Assembly: GCA_002440265.1 (NCBI GenBank)
Contig: DJSG01000031.1
Location: 1-57,171 of the forward strand
Origin: Bacteroidales bacterium UBA6340
GTDB taxonomy: Bacteria > Bacteroidota > Bacteroidia > Bacteroidales > Paludibacteraceae
Length of the DNA: 57,171 nt
Direction: 5' to 3'
Under the pieces are notes generated by a model, which was not told the DNA's origin, did no database searches, and saw only the letters and a list, made by a program, of their open reading frames with translations. Positions 18,487 to 26,688 of the stretch are shown in pieces. Position 1 is the first letter of the stretch. The number at the start of each line of letters is the position of its first letter. The position numbers were made by a program, and so were the translations under genes.

Positions 18487-18494
18487 CAAAATTA
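18487..18494 (-). promoter_or_regulatory. -7 box TAatTTTG (topA promoter)
   Basis: Plus-strand caaaatta, 44 nt upstream of the topA ATG. Confidence 0.5.
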
Positions 18495-18530
18495 CAACAA
18501 TTATTTTAATGGTGCAAGGGGTGCTTTTGC

Positions 18531-18710
18531 AATGCACAATGCGTAATGCACAATGCGCAATGCATAATGCACAATGCGTAATGCGTAATTCACAATGCAC
18601 AATGCGTAATGACGGCTTAATCTCATACTAATATCATACTAATCACATACTAATATCATACACTTAACTCGAAGACCCCCTCCAACTCCCCCTTCGAAGG
18701 GGGAGAGTTC
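18531..18710. repeat. composite module: 12 AATGCNN heptamers, 4 undecamers, then a CCCCC hairpin
   Basis: 12 x AATGCNN (18531-18614). gacggcttaatc. 4 x aatNtcatact (18619-18662). cttaactcgaag. Hairpin aactccccc-ttcgaa-gggggag(ag)tt (18684-18709). Confidence 0.9.
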
Positions 18711-18780
18711 AGAAAAGGGTATTTATCGGATATCAGCAATAAGGCGTATTTCCGTCACCTTGCAGGAGGAAAATTTTATT

Positions 18781-18801
18781 GACGACGCGAGCCGCGTCGT
18801 C
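18781..18801. repeat. REP-like GC hairpin GACGACGCG-agc-CGCGTCGTC
   Basis: A 9-bp perfect stem followed by cccccaaagc. This is one member of an 11-copy family in the window. Confidence 0.9.
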
Positions 18802-18965
18802 CCCCAAAGCATCGTCCCTCACAACATTGTCTTCCCCAAGCGTCGTCTCCCAAACGAAGCTTCGCCTTATGGTTTGTGCCCGAGTGCCCGCGGAGTGAGA
18901 GATTATTTTGGTGCAGCATCCCTGTGATAATCCTGATGAGTTTTGGAAGAATGGATTATAAATTG

Positions 18966-18973
18966 TACCTTTG
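18966..18973 (+). promoter_or_regulatory. -7 box TAccTTTG (mltG promoter)
   Basis: aattgtacctttgtgcc. Confidence 0.45.
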
Positions 18974-19096
18974 TGCCCGCAATGGTGGCGGCGGATACGG
19001 CTGCTGTCCGCGATACGCCCGCGATGATTGCAGGCAGAAGACAGACAGAAAAATGGAAGAGAAAAGAATAATCAGGGGAAAAGAAAGGAATTATCG

Positions 19097-20137
19097 GTGA
19101 AAAAGAAAGGAATAATAACAGGTATCTCGGTGGCAGCGGCAGTGCTCATGGTTGCTGCGGCAGTGTGCATAGAGCAGTACTATCGTCTGGAAGTATGCAA
19201 CTTCTCTTCGCGTGACGGCGAGGGACACGGGTACTATGTGTATCCGAATGCCACGGCAGATTCGCTGTTTGCCGCCATGCAAGCGGATTATCATGTAGGT
19301 TCGGAGACTGCATTCCGTCTGCATGCGCGCCATTGGCTGTATCGTCATCCCAAAACGGGTTACTACCATTTTCCAGCAAAGATTGGCGACCGGCACTTGA
19401 TACGGCGGTTGCAGTTGGGAGAGCAGACCCCTGTACGGTTGTCGTTTACCCAGAGTGTGCGGACACCTGCACAGTTGGCGGGAGTATTAGACAAGCAGTT
19501 GCTGCTGGACTCGGCGGCCGTGAAGGCGCGTTTGGATTCGGCGGAGTATGCGAAGCGATACGGATTGAAGAGAGAGACGTTCATAAGTCTGTTCATACCC
19601 AACACCTACGAGGTATATTGGACAATCACGCCCGACCAGTTGTTTGGCAGAATGCACAAGGAGTATAACCGCTATTGGAACGATGAGCGTCGCGCGAAAG
19701 CCAAAGCGTTGGGACTGACACCGACCGAGGTGGCGACGATAGCATCTATCATTGAATCGGAGACGAACAAGGCATCGGAGTATCCGATTATCGCTTCGAT
19801 ATACCTCAACCGTTTGGAGAAAGGCATACCACTACAAGCCTGTCCGACAGTGATTTACGCAGTAGGCGACTTCTCGATGCGGCGTGTGCTGAAACGCCAT
19901 ATAGCAATAGACTCGCCATACAACACCTATAAATATAGCGGATTGCCTCCTGGACCGATACGTTTGGCACGGGGTTCGGTGATGGATGCGGTGCTGAATG
20001 CTCCGAAGACCAATTATCTGTACATGTGTGCCAACCCCGACTTCTCTGGGACACACGTGTTCTCGTCGTCATACTCGCAGCATGCCGCTACGGCAAGACG
20101 GTATCAGCAAGAACTGAACAAGCGGAAAATCAAGTGA
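19097..20137 (+). CDS. mltG: endolytic murein transglycosylase MltG (YceG-like)
   Basis: A GTG at 19097 gives (M)KKKGIITGISVAAAVLMVAAAV, a TM anchor. YceG-like C-terminal region (TVIYAVGD..., NTYKYSGLPPGPI). The ORF-track start at 19028 is a TTG and looks like an extension. Confidence 0.85.
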   Translation: MKKKGIITGISVAAAVLMVAAAVCIEQYYRLEVCNFSSRDGEGHGYYVYPNATADSLFAAMQADYHVGSETAFRLHARHWLYRHPKTGYYHFPAKIGDRHLIRRLQLGEQTPVRLSFTQSVRTPAQLAGVLDKQLLLDSAAVKARLDSAEYAKRYGLKRETFISLFIPNTYEVYWTITPDQLFGRMHKEYNRYWNDERRAKAKALGLTPTEVATIASIIESETNKASEYPIIASIYLNRLEKGIPLQACPTVIYAVGDFSMRRVLKRHIAIDSPYNTYKYSGLPPGPIRLARGSVMDAVLNAPKTNYLYMCANPDFSGTHVFSSSYSQHAATARRYQQELNKRKIK

Positions 20138-20146
20138 GGTAGAGGG

Positions 20147-20233
20147 GGAAAGAACATTAATTTCCGTGTAATTGACCATTAATTCTCACGGACAAAGCCT
20201 ATCTATCCTGACGACGCGGGCTGCGTCGTCTCC
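20147..20233. repeat. composite 3'-end element: AATTA-rich block plus GC hairpin
   Basis: ccgtgtaattgaccat (20164-20179) is the exact reverse complement of 37915-37930. Hairpin gacgacgc-gggct-gcgtcgtc lies at 20210-20230. The element sits between the convergent mltG and ftsY genes. Confidence 0.85.
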
Positions 20234-20247
20234 CATATCATTCAAGA

Positions 20248-21201
20248 CTATCTTTGCAGGAGTGACTTGACGAACTCTTCGCGGTTGAAGACTTGGAGGT
20301 CTTCCATCTTCTCGCCCAGCCCGATGTAGCGGACGGGGATTTTGAATTGGTCGCTGATACCGATGACTACCCCACCCTTTGCAGTGCCGTCCAACTTGGT
20401 GATTGCCAACGAAGTTACCTGTGTGGCACGTGTGAACTGCTTGGCTTGCTCGAAAGCATTCTGCCCTGTGCTGCCGTCCAACACCAGCATCACGTCGTGC
20501 GGGGCATCGGGAACGACCTTCTGCATGACGTTTTTGATTTTGGTGAGTTCGTTCATGAGGTTGATTTTGTTGTGGAGGCGTCCTGCAGTGTCGATGATAA
20601 CCACATCGGCGTCGTTGGCTTTTGCGCTGGAGAGCGTGTCGAACGCCACGCTGGCAGGGTCGGAGCCCTGTTGCTGTTTGATAACAGGTACACCTACGCG
20701 TTCGCCCCAAATACAGAGTTGCTCGACGGCAGCGGCACGGAACGTGTCTGCCGCCCCGAGGTACACCTTTTTGCCCGCCTGCTTGTAGCGGTAGGCGAGT
20801 TTGCCGATAGTGGTCGTCTTGCCCACGCCGTTGACGCCCACCACCATAATCACATAGGGCTTGCAGGGGAGGGAGTCCGTGAAGTCTGACACGTGACCGG
20901 CGTTGTTTTCGGCAAGCAAGGCAGCCACCTCCTCTACGAGAATGCGGTTGAGTTCGGCAGTGCCGATGTACTTGTCGCGCTTGACTCGCTCCTGTATGCG
21001 TTCGATGATACGCAGTGTGGTGTCCACCCCTACATCGGAAGTGATGAGGGCTTCCTCCAGTTCGTCCAAGACATCATCGTCCACTGTGGACTTGCCCGCT
21101 ATGGCACGACCTATCTTGCCAAGGACAGACTCTTTGGACTTTTCGAGTCCCTTGTCCAATGTCTCTTTTTTTTCTTTGCCGAACAAACCGAAGAATGCCA
21201 T
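20248..21201 (-). CDS. ftsY: signal recognition particle receptor FtsY
   Basis: SRP GTPase motifs GVNGVGKTTTIGKLA, DTAGRL and TKLDGTAKGG. Confidence 0.95.
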   Translation of the reverse strand: MAFFGLFGKEKKETLDKGLEKSKESVLGKIGRAIAGKSTVDDDVLDELEEALITSDVGVDTTLRIIERIQERVKRDKYIGTAELNRILVEEVAALLAENNAGHVSDFTDSLPCKPYVIMVVGVNGVGKTTTIGKLAYRYKQAGKKVYLGAADTFRAAAVEQLCIWGERVGVPVIKQQQGSDPASVAFDTLSSAKANDADVVIIDTAGRLHNKINLMNELTKIKNVMQKVVPDAPHDVMLVLDGSTGQNAFEQAKQFTRATQVTSLAITKLDGTAKGGVVIGISDQFKIPVRYIGLGEKMEDLQVFNREEFVKSLLQR

Positions 21202-21230
21202 ACGTGTACCTTATTATAATAGTTGGGATA

Positions 21231-22403
21231 TTAGTTTTTTCCGTCCATAAGCCGTTGCATGAACGCCCATGGTTTGCCGTTCTCAATATGCGTTTTCCTG
21301 CCGATGCGAGTAAGAATACGGTAGAGACGGCTGTTGTTGCGTATGCTGCTGCGCCCTACGGCATAGAAGATGAAGGTGGTAAGTATGCCAGCAGCCATCA
21401 CAATATAGAGTTGCACTTCGAGGCTTGCGCCCAAGAGGTAACTCATCCACCAGCAGAAGACTATCAGCAAGTTGGTGAGAATGAGTGCAGTAGCAGTACC
21501 GATATGCGAGAAACCCATGTCAAGAAGCAGGTGGTGAAGGTGCGTCTTGTCGGGCGCGAAAGGCGATACGCCCCGTCGTATCCGGCTGCACATGACACGC
21601 AAGGTGTCAAAGACCGGTATGCACAGGACAGCCAAGCAAAAGGCTACGTAACAGAGATTATGCGCAGAAGGCACGGCAACAGGGGAGCCGTCCTGCAAGA
21701 TAAAGAACACCATGCTGCTCATCACCGCGCCCAACATCAATGTGCCGCCGTCGCCAATATACATCTTGGTCCTACAGCCGAACACGTTATGGCAGAAGAA
21801 AGGCATTATCGCCCCAATGCAGATGAGCATAAAACAACACAATGCGTACTCGCCTACATATGCAAAGAGTGCGGCAAACAGGGCACACGCCACCATGCAG
21901 AACCCCGATGAATAGCCATCGACACCGTCTATCATATTGATACTGTTGATGATGCCTACACCCGCAATCACGCTAAGCGGTATGCCCACCCACAGCGGCA
22001 ATGCGGCAATGCCCCATAGTCCATGGAGACTGATAGTCATCATGTGGCTGCCCCAGACGAAACATCCAACGATTGCCACCTCCATACACATCCGTACAGA
22101 GGCAGAAAGGTCGCGGATATCGTCGATTACCCCCAACAGCAACATCACCAGAAGATAGGCAAACAGCCAAGGAGAGACGTCCCAATGCAAAAGGAACAGA
22201 CTGATAATCAGCGGTATTGACAGTCCGAAGGCAATCGTAACCCCACCCAATGCAGGTACCGGATACCGCTGCAACTTGCGCTTGGCAGGGTAATCCACAA
22301 TCTTGTGCCGCGTAGCAAACCTAAGCATGAACGGATATACCGCCCATGTTATCAGCAATGCCAACACGAAGCATAGCAATATGATGAGTATGTTTGTTGT
22401 CAC
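21231..22403 (-). CDS. glycosyltransferase family 4 (MraY/WecA-like polyprenyl-phosphate sugar-1-P transferase)
   Basis: Multi-pass membrane protein with VIDDIRDL and NMIDGVDG motifs. Confidence 0.85.
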   Translation of the reverse strand: MTTNILIILLCFVLALLITWAVYPFMLRFATRHKIVDYPAKRKLQRYPVPALGGVTIAFGLSIPLIISLFLLHWDVSPWLFAYLLVMLLLGVIDDIRDLSASVRMCMEVAIVGCFVWGSHMMTISLHGLWGIAALPLWVGIPLSVIAGVGIINSINMIDGVDGYSSGFCMVACALFAALFAYVGEYALCCFMLICIGAIMPFFCHNVFGCRTKMYIGDGGTLMLGAVMSSMVFFILQDGSPVAVPSAHNLCYVAFCLAVLCIPVFDTLRVMCSRIRRGVSPFAPDKTHLHHLLLDMGFSHIGTATALILTNLLIVFCWWMSYLLGASLEVQLYIVMAAGILTTFIFYAVGRSSIRNNSRLYRILTRIGRKTHIENGKPWAFMQRLMDGKN

Positions 22404-22443
22404 TATTCAGCGGCTTTCGACGTCAGTCCGAGCACAAAGCCCG

Positions 22444-22451
22444 CAAAATTA
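22444..22451 (-). promoter_or_regulatory. -7 box TAatTTTG
   Basis: Plus-strand caaaatta, 41 nt upstream of the ATG at 22403. Confidence 0.45.
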
Positions 22452-22540
22452 CTGCTTTTTTTTGACATACACAAATGCAAAACACGGCATACAGCCGAGA
22501 CATAGGTATAAGGAGAGCAAGAGCGGATATGCAGCACTCC

Positions 22541-22578
22541 ACAAAACAAGAGACTGCCTGATAACGGTCAGGCAGTCT
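22541..22578 (-). terminator. terminator after the DUF3276 gene
   Basis: An 11-bp perfect stem agactgcctga/tcaggcagtct, followed on the minus strand by cttgttttgtg. Confidence 0.7.
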
Positions 22579-22598
22579 GCAACATGAAGAAGAACGTG

Positions 22599-23045
22599 TC
22601 AGTCCTTCTTGAAGCGGTCGAAGAAGCCGCGGCGGGGTTTGTCTTCCTCTTCGGCAGCGTCGGCTGCGGTGTCGGCAGCAGATGCGGCAGAGTTTGCGGC
22701 AGATGCGGAGGTGTGTGCGGAAGCAGTGGCGTCCTCGTCGTCACGGGGAGTCCACTCCTCGCGCTCGGCGATGTCACCCAATTGGTTTTGCACGTATTTG
22801 ATAACGTCGTTCAAGCCCTCGGTGAAGTGGGCAAAATCCTCCTTGTATAAGAATACTTTATGCTTCTCGAACTGGGGGAACTCATCCTCCAAGCCCGACT
22901 TGCGCTTGCTCTCGGTGATGCACAAGTACAAGTCCTCGTTGCGGGCTTTCTTGACATCCAAATAATAAATACGTTTACCTGCCTTCACGGAACGCGAATA
23001 CACTATTTCGGGTTCGTTTCTGCTCTCGTTTCTACGATTTTCCAT
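22599..23045 (-). CDS. DUF3276 (PUR-like nucleic-acid-binding) protein
   Basis: YSRSVKAGKRIYYLDVKKARNEDLYLCITESKR...HKVFLYKEDFAHF matches the remembered DUF3276 pattern. Acidic, Ala-rich tail. Confidence 0.8.
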   Translation of the reverse strand: MENRRNESRNEPEIVYSRSVKAGKRIYYLDVKKARNEDLYLCITESKRKSGLEDEFPQFEKHKVFLYKEDFAHFTEGLNDVIKYVQNQLGDIAEREEWTPRDDEDATASAHTSASAANSAASAADTAADAAEEEDKPRRGFFDRFKKD

Positions 23046-23076
23046 CTCTTATAGTTACGTTAAAAATTAAACGGCA

Positions 23077-23084
23077 CAAAGGTA
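23077..23084 (-). promoter_or_regulatory. -7 box TAccTTTG
   Basis: Plus-strand caaaggta, 32 nt upstream of the ATG at 23045. Confidence 0.5.
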
Positions 23085-23148
23085 CTACATTTTTGCGAGA
23101 TACGCAATGGTGCCGCAAAAAAACGAATACAATTGTGCCGGCAGAAGG

Positions 23149-23254
23149 GGTGAGCAGGTGAGCGGGTGAGCAGATGTTTCTATATATACACACGTGTGCG
23201 CGGGCGGGTGTGCATATACATAAAAGTATCTGCTCACCCGCTCACCTGCTCACC
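23149..23254. repeat. 27-bp perfect inverted repeat (3 GTGAGCRG octamers per arm) with a 52-nt spacer
   Basis: ggtgagcaggtgagcgggtgagcagat (23149-23175) is the reverse complement of atctgctcacccgctcacctgctcacc (23228-23254). The spacer contains the palindrome cacacgtgtg (23189-23198). Confidence 0.95.
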
Positions 23255-23387
23255 TTGTCCAACCTATAACTATCCTATAACAAATTATGCGGTGTTGATG
23301 GTATATTTTGCACCGAATGAGTGCATATTTGTACAAAAGAATGCACTAAATGAGTGCAAAATACTTGTATGTTTCATCGAAAAGCAG

Positions 23388-23395
23388 TACCTTTG
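23388..23395 (+). promoter_or_regulatory. -7 box TAccTTTG
   Basis: aaaagcagtacctttgcagg, 25 nt upstream of the ATG at 23420. Confidence 0.55.
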
Positions 23396-23419
23396 CAGGC
23401 GTAATTTGATATAAATGCT

Positions 23420-24595
23420 ATGATAGCCCCTCAACTATATGCCTATATGGAGTCGCTGTTGGCGCAGACTGACAGTGCTTTTCACCGTTACCTCTATTCT
23501 TCTATTGACTGGCAAGCCCGCCTGATTGGCATTGTGGGCCCACGTGGTGTGGGTAAGACTACCATGGTATTACAGTACATACGCGAGCACCCGGCAGAGC
23601 AAAAAGCCCTATATGTCTCTGCTGATAATGCCTATTTTGCTACACATTCACTCATCGAGTTAGCGGACGAGTGGGCAAAAGATATGGGGCAACGCCTCGT
23701 GATTGATGAGGTGCACAAGTACCCAGATTGGTCACGTGAACTCAAACAGATATATGATACACACCCGGATATACATATTGTCTTTACCGGTTCTTCCATA
23801 TTGGATATTGCCAAGGGTAGTGCCGATCTCAGCCGCCGTGCATTGATGTACACGCTGCAAGGGCTGTCTTTTCGCGAGTATCTGCAACTCTTTCACCATA
23901 TCCATACGCCCGCAGTTTCGCTGCCTGACATCTTGGCAAACAAGGCTGCCGTAGAAGGTGTGCTGCACCCTTTGGCGTATTTTCGCCCATATCTGGAGGA
24001 AGGATACTATCCATTTGCCATAGAGGGCAACTTTGTGCCGCGTATGCAAGCGGTCATCAGCCAGACCATAGAGTCAGATATCGCCCAGTTTGTGGATATG
24101 AAAGCCGCTACGGCGCGCAAACTGAAGAAGATGCTGGCTATTGTGGCTACTTTGGCTCCATTCAAACCTAATGCAGACAGTCTTGCAACCGAGATAGGCA
24201 TTAGCCGTAACAATGTGGCGGATTATCTGTTGTTATTAGAGCGGGCGCAGATGGTTGGGCAGTTGCGTGATGATACTGATGGCATGCGCGGTTTTGGGAA
24301 AGTGGAAAAAGTGTATTTGGACAACACCAATCTGATGTATGTCCTCAATGGCACCAATATCAATATCGGCAATGTGCGGGAGACATTCTTCTACAACCAA
24401 ATGCGTGTGCAGCAAGAGGTGGTTGGTTCGCGCCTATCTGACTTTACCATAGGTGACTGCACCTTTGAGGTAGGCGGGCACAAAAAAGGCAAGAAGCAAA
24501 TAGAGCAAGTTGCCAACGGCTTTGTGGTCCGAGATGATATTGAGACCGGCTATGGCAATATCATTCCCCTTTGGGCTTTCGGGCTAAATTACTAA
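23420..24595 (+). CDS. AAA family ATPase with a DUF4143-type C-terminal region
   Basis: Walker A GPRGVGKTT, Walker B LVIDEVH, and the overall AAA_14 + DUF4143 architecture as I remember it. Confidence 0.8.
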   Translation: MIAPQLYAYMESLLAQTDSAFHRYLYSSIDWQARLIGIVGPRGVGKTTMVLQYIREHPAEQKALYVSADNAYFATHSLIELADEWAKDMGQRLVIDEVHKYPDWSRELKQIYDTHPDIHIVFTGSSILDIAKGSADLSRRALMYTLQGLSFREYLQLFHHIHTPAVSLPDILANKAAVEGVLHPLAYFRPYLEEGYYPFAIEGNFVPRMQAVISQTIESDIAQFVDMKAATARKLKKMLAIVATLAPFKPNADSLATEIGISRNNVADYLLLLERAQMVGQLRDDTDGMRGFGKVEKVYLDNTNLMYVLNGTNINIGNVRETFFYNQMRVQQEVVGSRLSDFTIGDCTFEVGGHKKGKKQIEQVANGFVVRDDIETGYGNIIPLWAFGLNY

Positions 24596-24722
24596 ATTGC
24601 AAAAGAACAGCAGCAAAGCATGCTCTGCCATTCTTCTCGAATGTATATGGTGCACGTATCGTGATTTGAGCAAAAATGGGTCATTATAGAGAAACAGGCT
24701 TGTACGGGTGAAGTATTTTTTG

Positions 24723-24730
24723 TAATTTTG
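24723..24730 (+). promoter_or_regulatory. -7 box TAatTTTG (nusB, long purine-rich leader)
   Basis: ttttgtaattttgcagg, 266 nt upstream of the nusB ATG. Confidence 0.4.
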
Positions 24731-24995
24731 CAGGGTAATTGGGAGACTCCCACGATAACAAGAGGGGACTCCCCCGACCCCCTCAGAGAGGGGGACAGCA
24801 GAGTGAGGCAGGTAAGTGGGGAATGGAACATTAATTACCATATAATTAGCCATTAATTCCAAGCGGGAGAAGTGGGCAAGAACAGACAACAACCAACGGC
24901 AAAGAAGGGGAAAGAACAGGGACAGGTTGGGGAAAGGTCGGGGAGGAGACAGAATAAAGACAGATAAAAGACAATGATAAATAAGACAGTGGTCG

Positions 24996-25937
24996 ATGGT
25001 AAACAGAACATTGGTTAGGACGAAGGTAGTGCAGACATTGTTTGCGTACTACAAGGACGGGGAGAAGACTCCGCTCATGGCAAGGAAAGAGTTGCTGAAG
25101 AGTTTCTCGGACACGTACAGTTTGTATATGATGCTGCTCGCGTTCGCGTGCGAACTGACAGACTACGCCGCAGAACAGATACGGGAAGCCAAGACGCGGG
25201 CGGCGGTGACCCATACGCATTATGAGCCGAACTACCGCTTTGTGAACAATCGTATCGCGCAGCAGTTGTTCAACAACCGCCGGTTGCGCAACTATATGGA
25301 CGAGCAACACCTGCGCTGGGACACAGGTATGAATGCCGTACACGCGTTCTACAAACAACTGACAGACAGCGATGTATATAAGGAGTTTATGTCCGCCCCC
25401 AACGAGCCGACCTACGAAGACGAGAAGACGCTCTGGCGCAAGATATATATGATGTTGCCCAACTTTGAGGACCTGTATGTGGCTCTCGAAGATATGGAGG
25501 TGGCACTCGACCAGTGTAACTGGACGACCGATGCGGACGTGATACTGACCTACGTGGTGAAGACTATCAAACGCTTCAAGGAAGAGCGCGGCGACGATCA
25601 GGAATTGCTTGAGATGTTCGATACCGAGGCTGAACTGAACTTCGGCAAAGACCTGCTGCAACTGACGATAGAGCACGCCGACGAGTACAAGACTCTGATA
25701 GAAAAGGCTTTGCAGAACTGGAACGCGGAACGCCTGGCGTTTATGGACACCGTTATCCTGATGACGGCATTGACAGAGATACTCGGGTTCAACGACATCG
25801 CATTGGAAGTGAGTATGAACGAGTACATCGAGATAGCCAAAGAGTATTCGGGCGAGAAGAGTTACATATTCATCAACGGCGTACTCGACAGAGTGGTCAG
25901 CGACCTCAAGAAAGAGAATGCGTTGTTCAAGGTGTGA
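24996..25937 (+). CDS. nusB: transcription antitermination factor NusB (long Bacteroidetes form)
   Basis: N-terminus NRTLVRTKVVQTLFAYY. C-terminal NusB core ...EYIEIAKEYSGEKSYIFINGVLDRV. Confidence 0.85.
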   Translation: MVNRTLVRTKVVQTLFAYYKDGEKTPLMARKELLKSFSDTYSLYMMLLAFACELTDYAAEQIREAKTRAAVTHTHYEPNYRFVNNRIAQQLFNNRRLRNYMDEQHLRWDTGMNAVHAFYKQLTDSDVYKEFMSAPNEPTYEDEKTLWRKIYMMLPNFEDLYVALEDMEVALDQCNWTTDADVILTYVVKTIKRFKEERGDDQELLEMFDTEAELNFGKDLLQLTIEHADEYKTLIEKALQNWNAERLAFMDTVILMTALTEILGFNDIALEVSMNEYIEIAKEYSGEKSYIFINGVLDRVVSDLKKENALFKV

Positions 25938-25943
25938 GGTGGG

Positions 25944-26103
25944 GAATTAAGAATTAAAAATTAAGAATGAAGAATTGCAAGTATCGACTGGGTACTTGTA
26001 ATTAAAAATGAAGAATTAAGAATTAAAAATTGAATGTATCGACAGGGGATAGGTGTGGGGAAAGTAATTAAAAATGAAGAATTAAAAATTAAGAACTAAT
26101 AGT
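25944..26103 (+). repeat. about 66-nt purine/AT-rich tandem module, roughly 2.5 copies
   Basis: aattaaaaatgaagaattaaRaattaa occurs at 26000 and 26066. attgcaagtatcgactggg (25975) matches attgaatgtatcgacagggg (26030). Confidence 0.8.
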
Positions 26104-26457
26104 ATGCTGAATTTCATTTTATTGCAGGCACAAGGTGCTGCTGCCGGCGGGCAACAACAAAGTTCATGGACGTTCTGGATTATGATGATCCTTATCTTTG
26201 TAGTGTTCTACTTCTTTATGATTCGTCCGCAAACCAAAAAGCAGAAAGAACTACAGAAACAACGTGATGCCATGAAGAAAGGCGACAAGGTAGTTACCGC
26301 CGGCGGTATCTATGGCAATATCAAAGAGGTACAGGATAACGCCTTTATCATCGAGATAGCCAAAGACATCACTATCAAAGTGGACAAGGGAAGCGTTTAT
26401 GCGTCTGCCGATGAGGCACAACAAGCCCCGAAGGACGAGAAGAAAGACAAGAAATAA
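26104..26457 (+). CDS. yajC: preprotein translocase subunit YajC
   Basis: TM helix followed by FFMIRPQTKKQKELQKQRDAMKKGDKVVTAGGIYG. Confidence 0.9.
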   Translation: MLNFILLQAQGAAAGGQQQSSWTFWIMMILIFVVFYFFMIRPQTKKQKELQKQRDAMKKGDKVVTAGGIYGNIKEVQDNAFIIEIAKDITIKVDKGSVYASADEAQQAPKDEKKDKK

Positions 26458-26465
26458 GCGTATTT

Positions 26466-26646
26466 GTCGCGGGTCGGTCGGGAGTCTGTCGCGGGTTGAT
26501 AGGGGATTGATTTTGGGGCGGTGGCGGGTCGGCTATGGATGGGTGGTGAACCCATAATGAACCCATAATGAGCCGATAATGCACCCATAAAGAACCCATA
26601 AATAACCCTTAACGGACTCATAACGATCCGATAGCGAGCAAGAAGC
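26466..26646. repeat. about 16 units of an 11-nt phased degenerate repeat (G-rich half, then ACCCATAA half)
   Basis: gtcgcgggtcg gtcgggagtct gtcgcgggttg ataggggattg attttggggcg gtggcgggtcg gctatggatgg ... gaacccataat gaacccataat gagccgataat gcacccataaa gaacccataaa taacccttaac ggactcataac gatccgatagc. Confidence 0.85.
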
Positions 26647-26688
26647 GGAAAACGGTTGGATACGCAGCGCGAAACATGGGTTCGCCAC

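Noticed and set aside
18531-18662. Possible CRISPR array (regular short repeats, also at 14228-14335 and 26466-26646)
   Set aside because: The units are 7-33 nt and directly abutting, with no unique spacers. No cas genes or leader are present. These are micro- or minisatellite-like arrays, not CRISPR.
24846-25676. 276-aa minus-strand ORF
   Set aside because: It is antisense to nusB and runs through the purine-rich nusB leader. No motifs.
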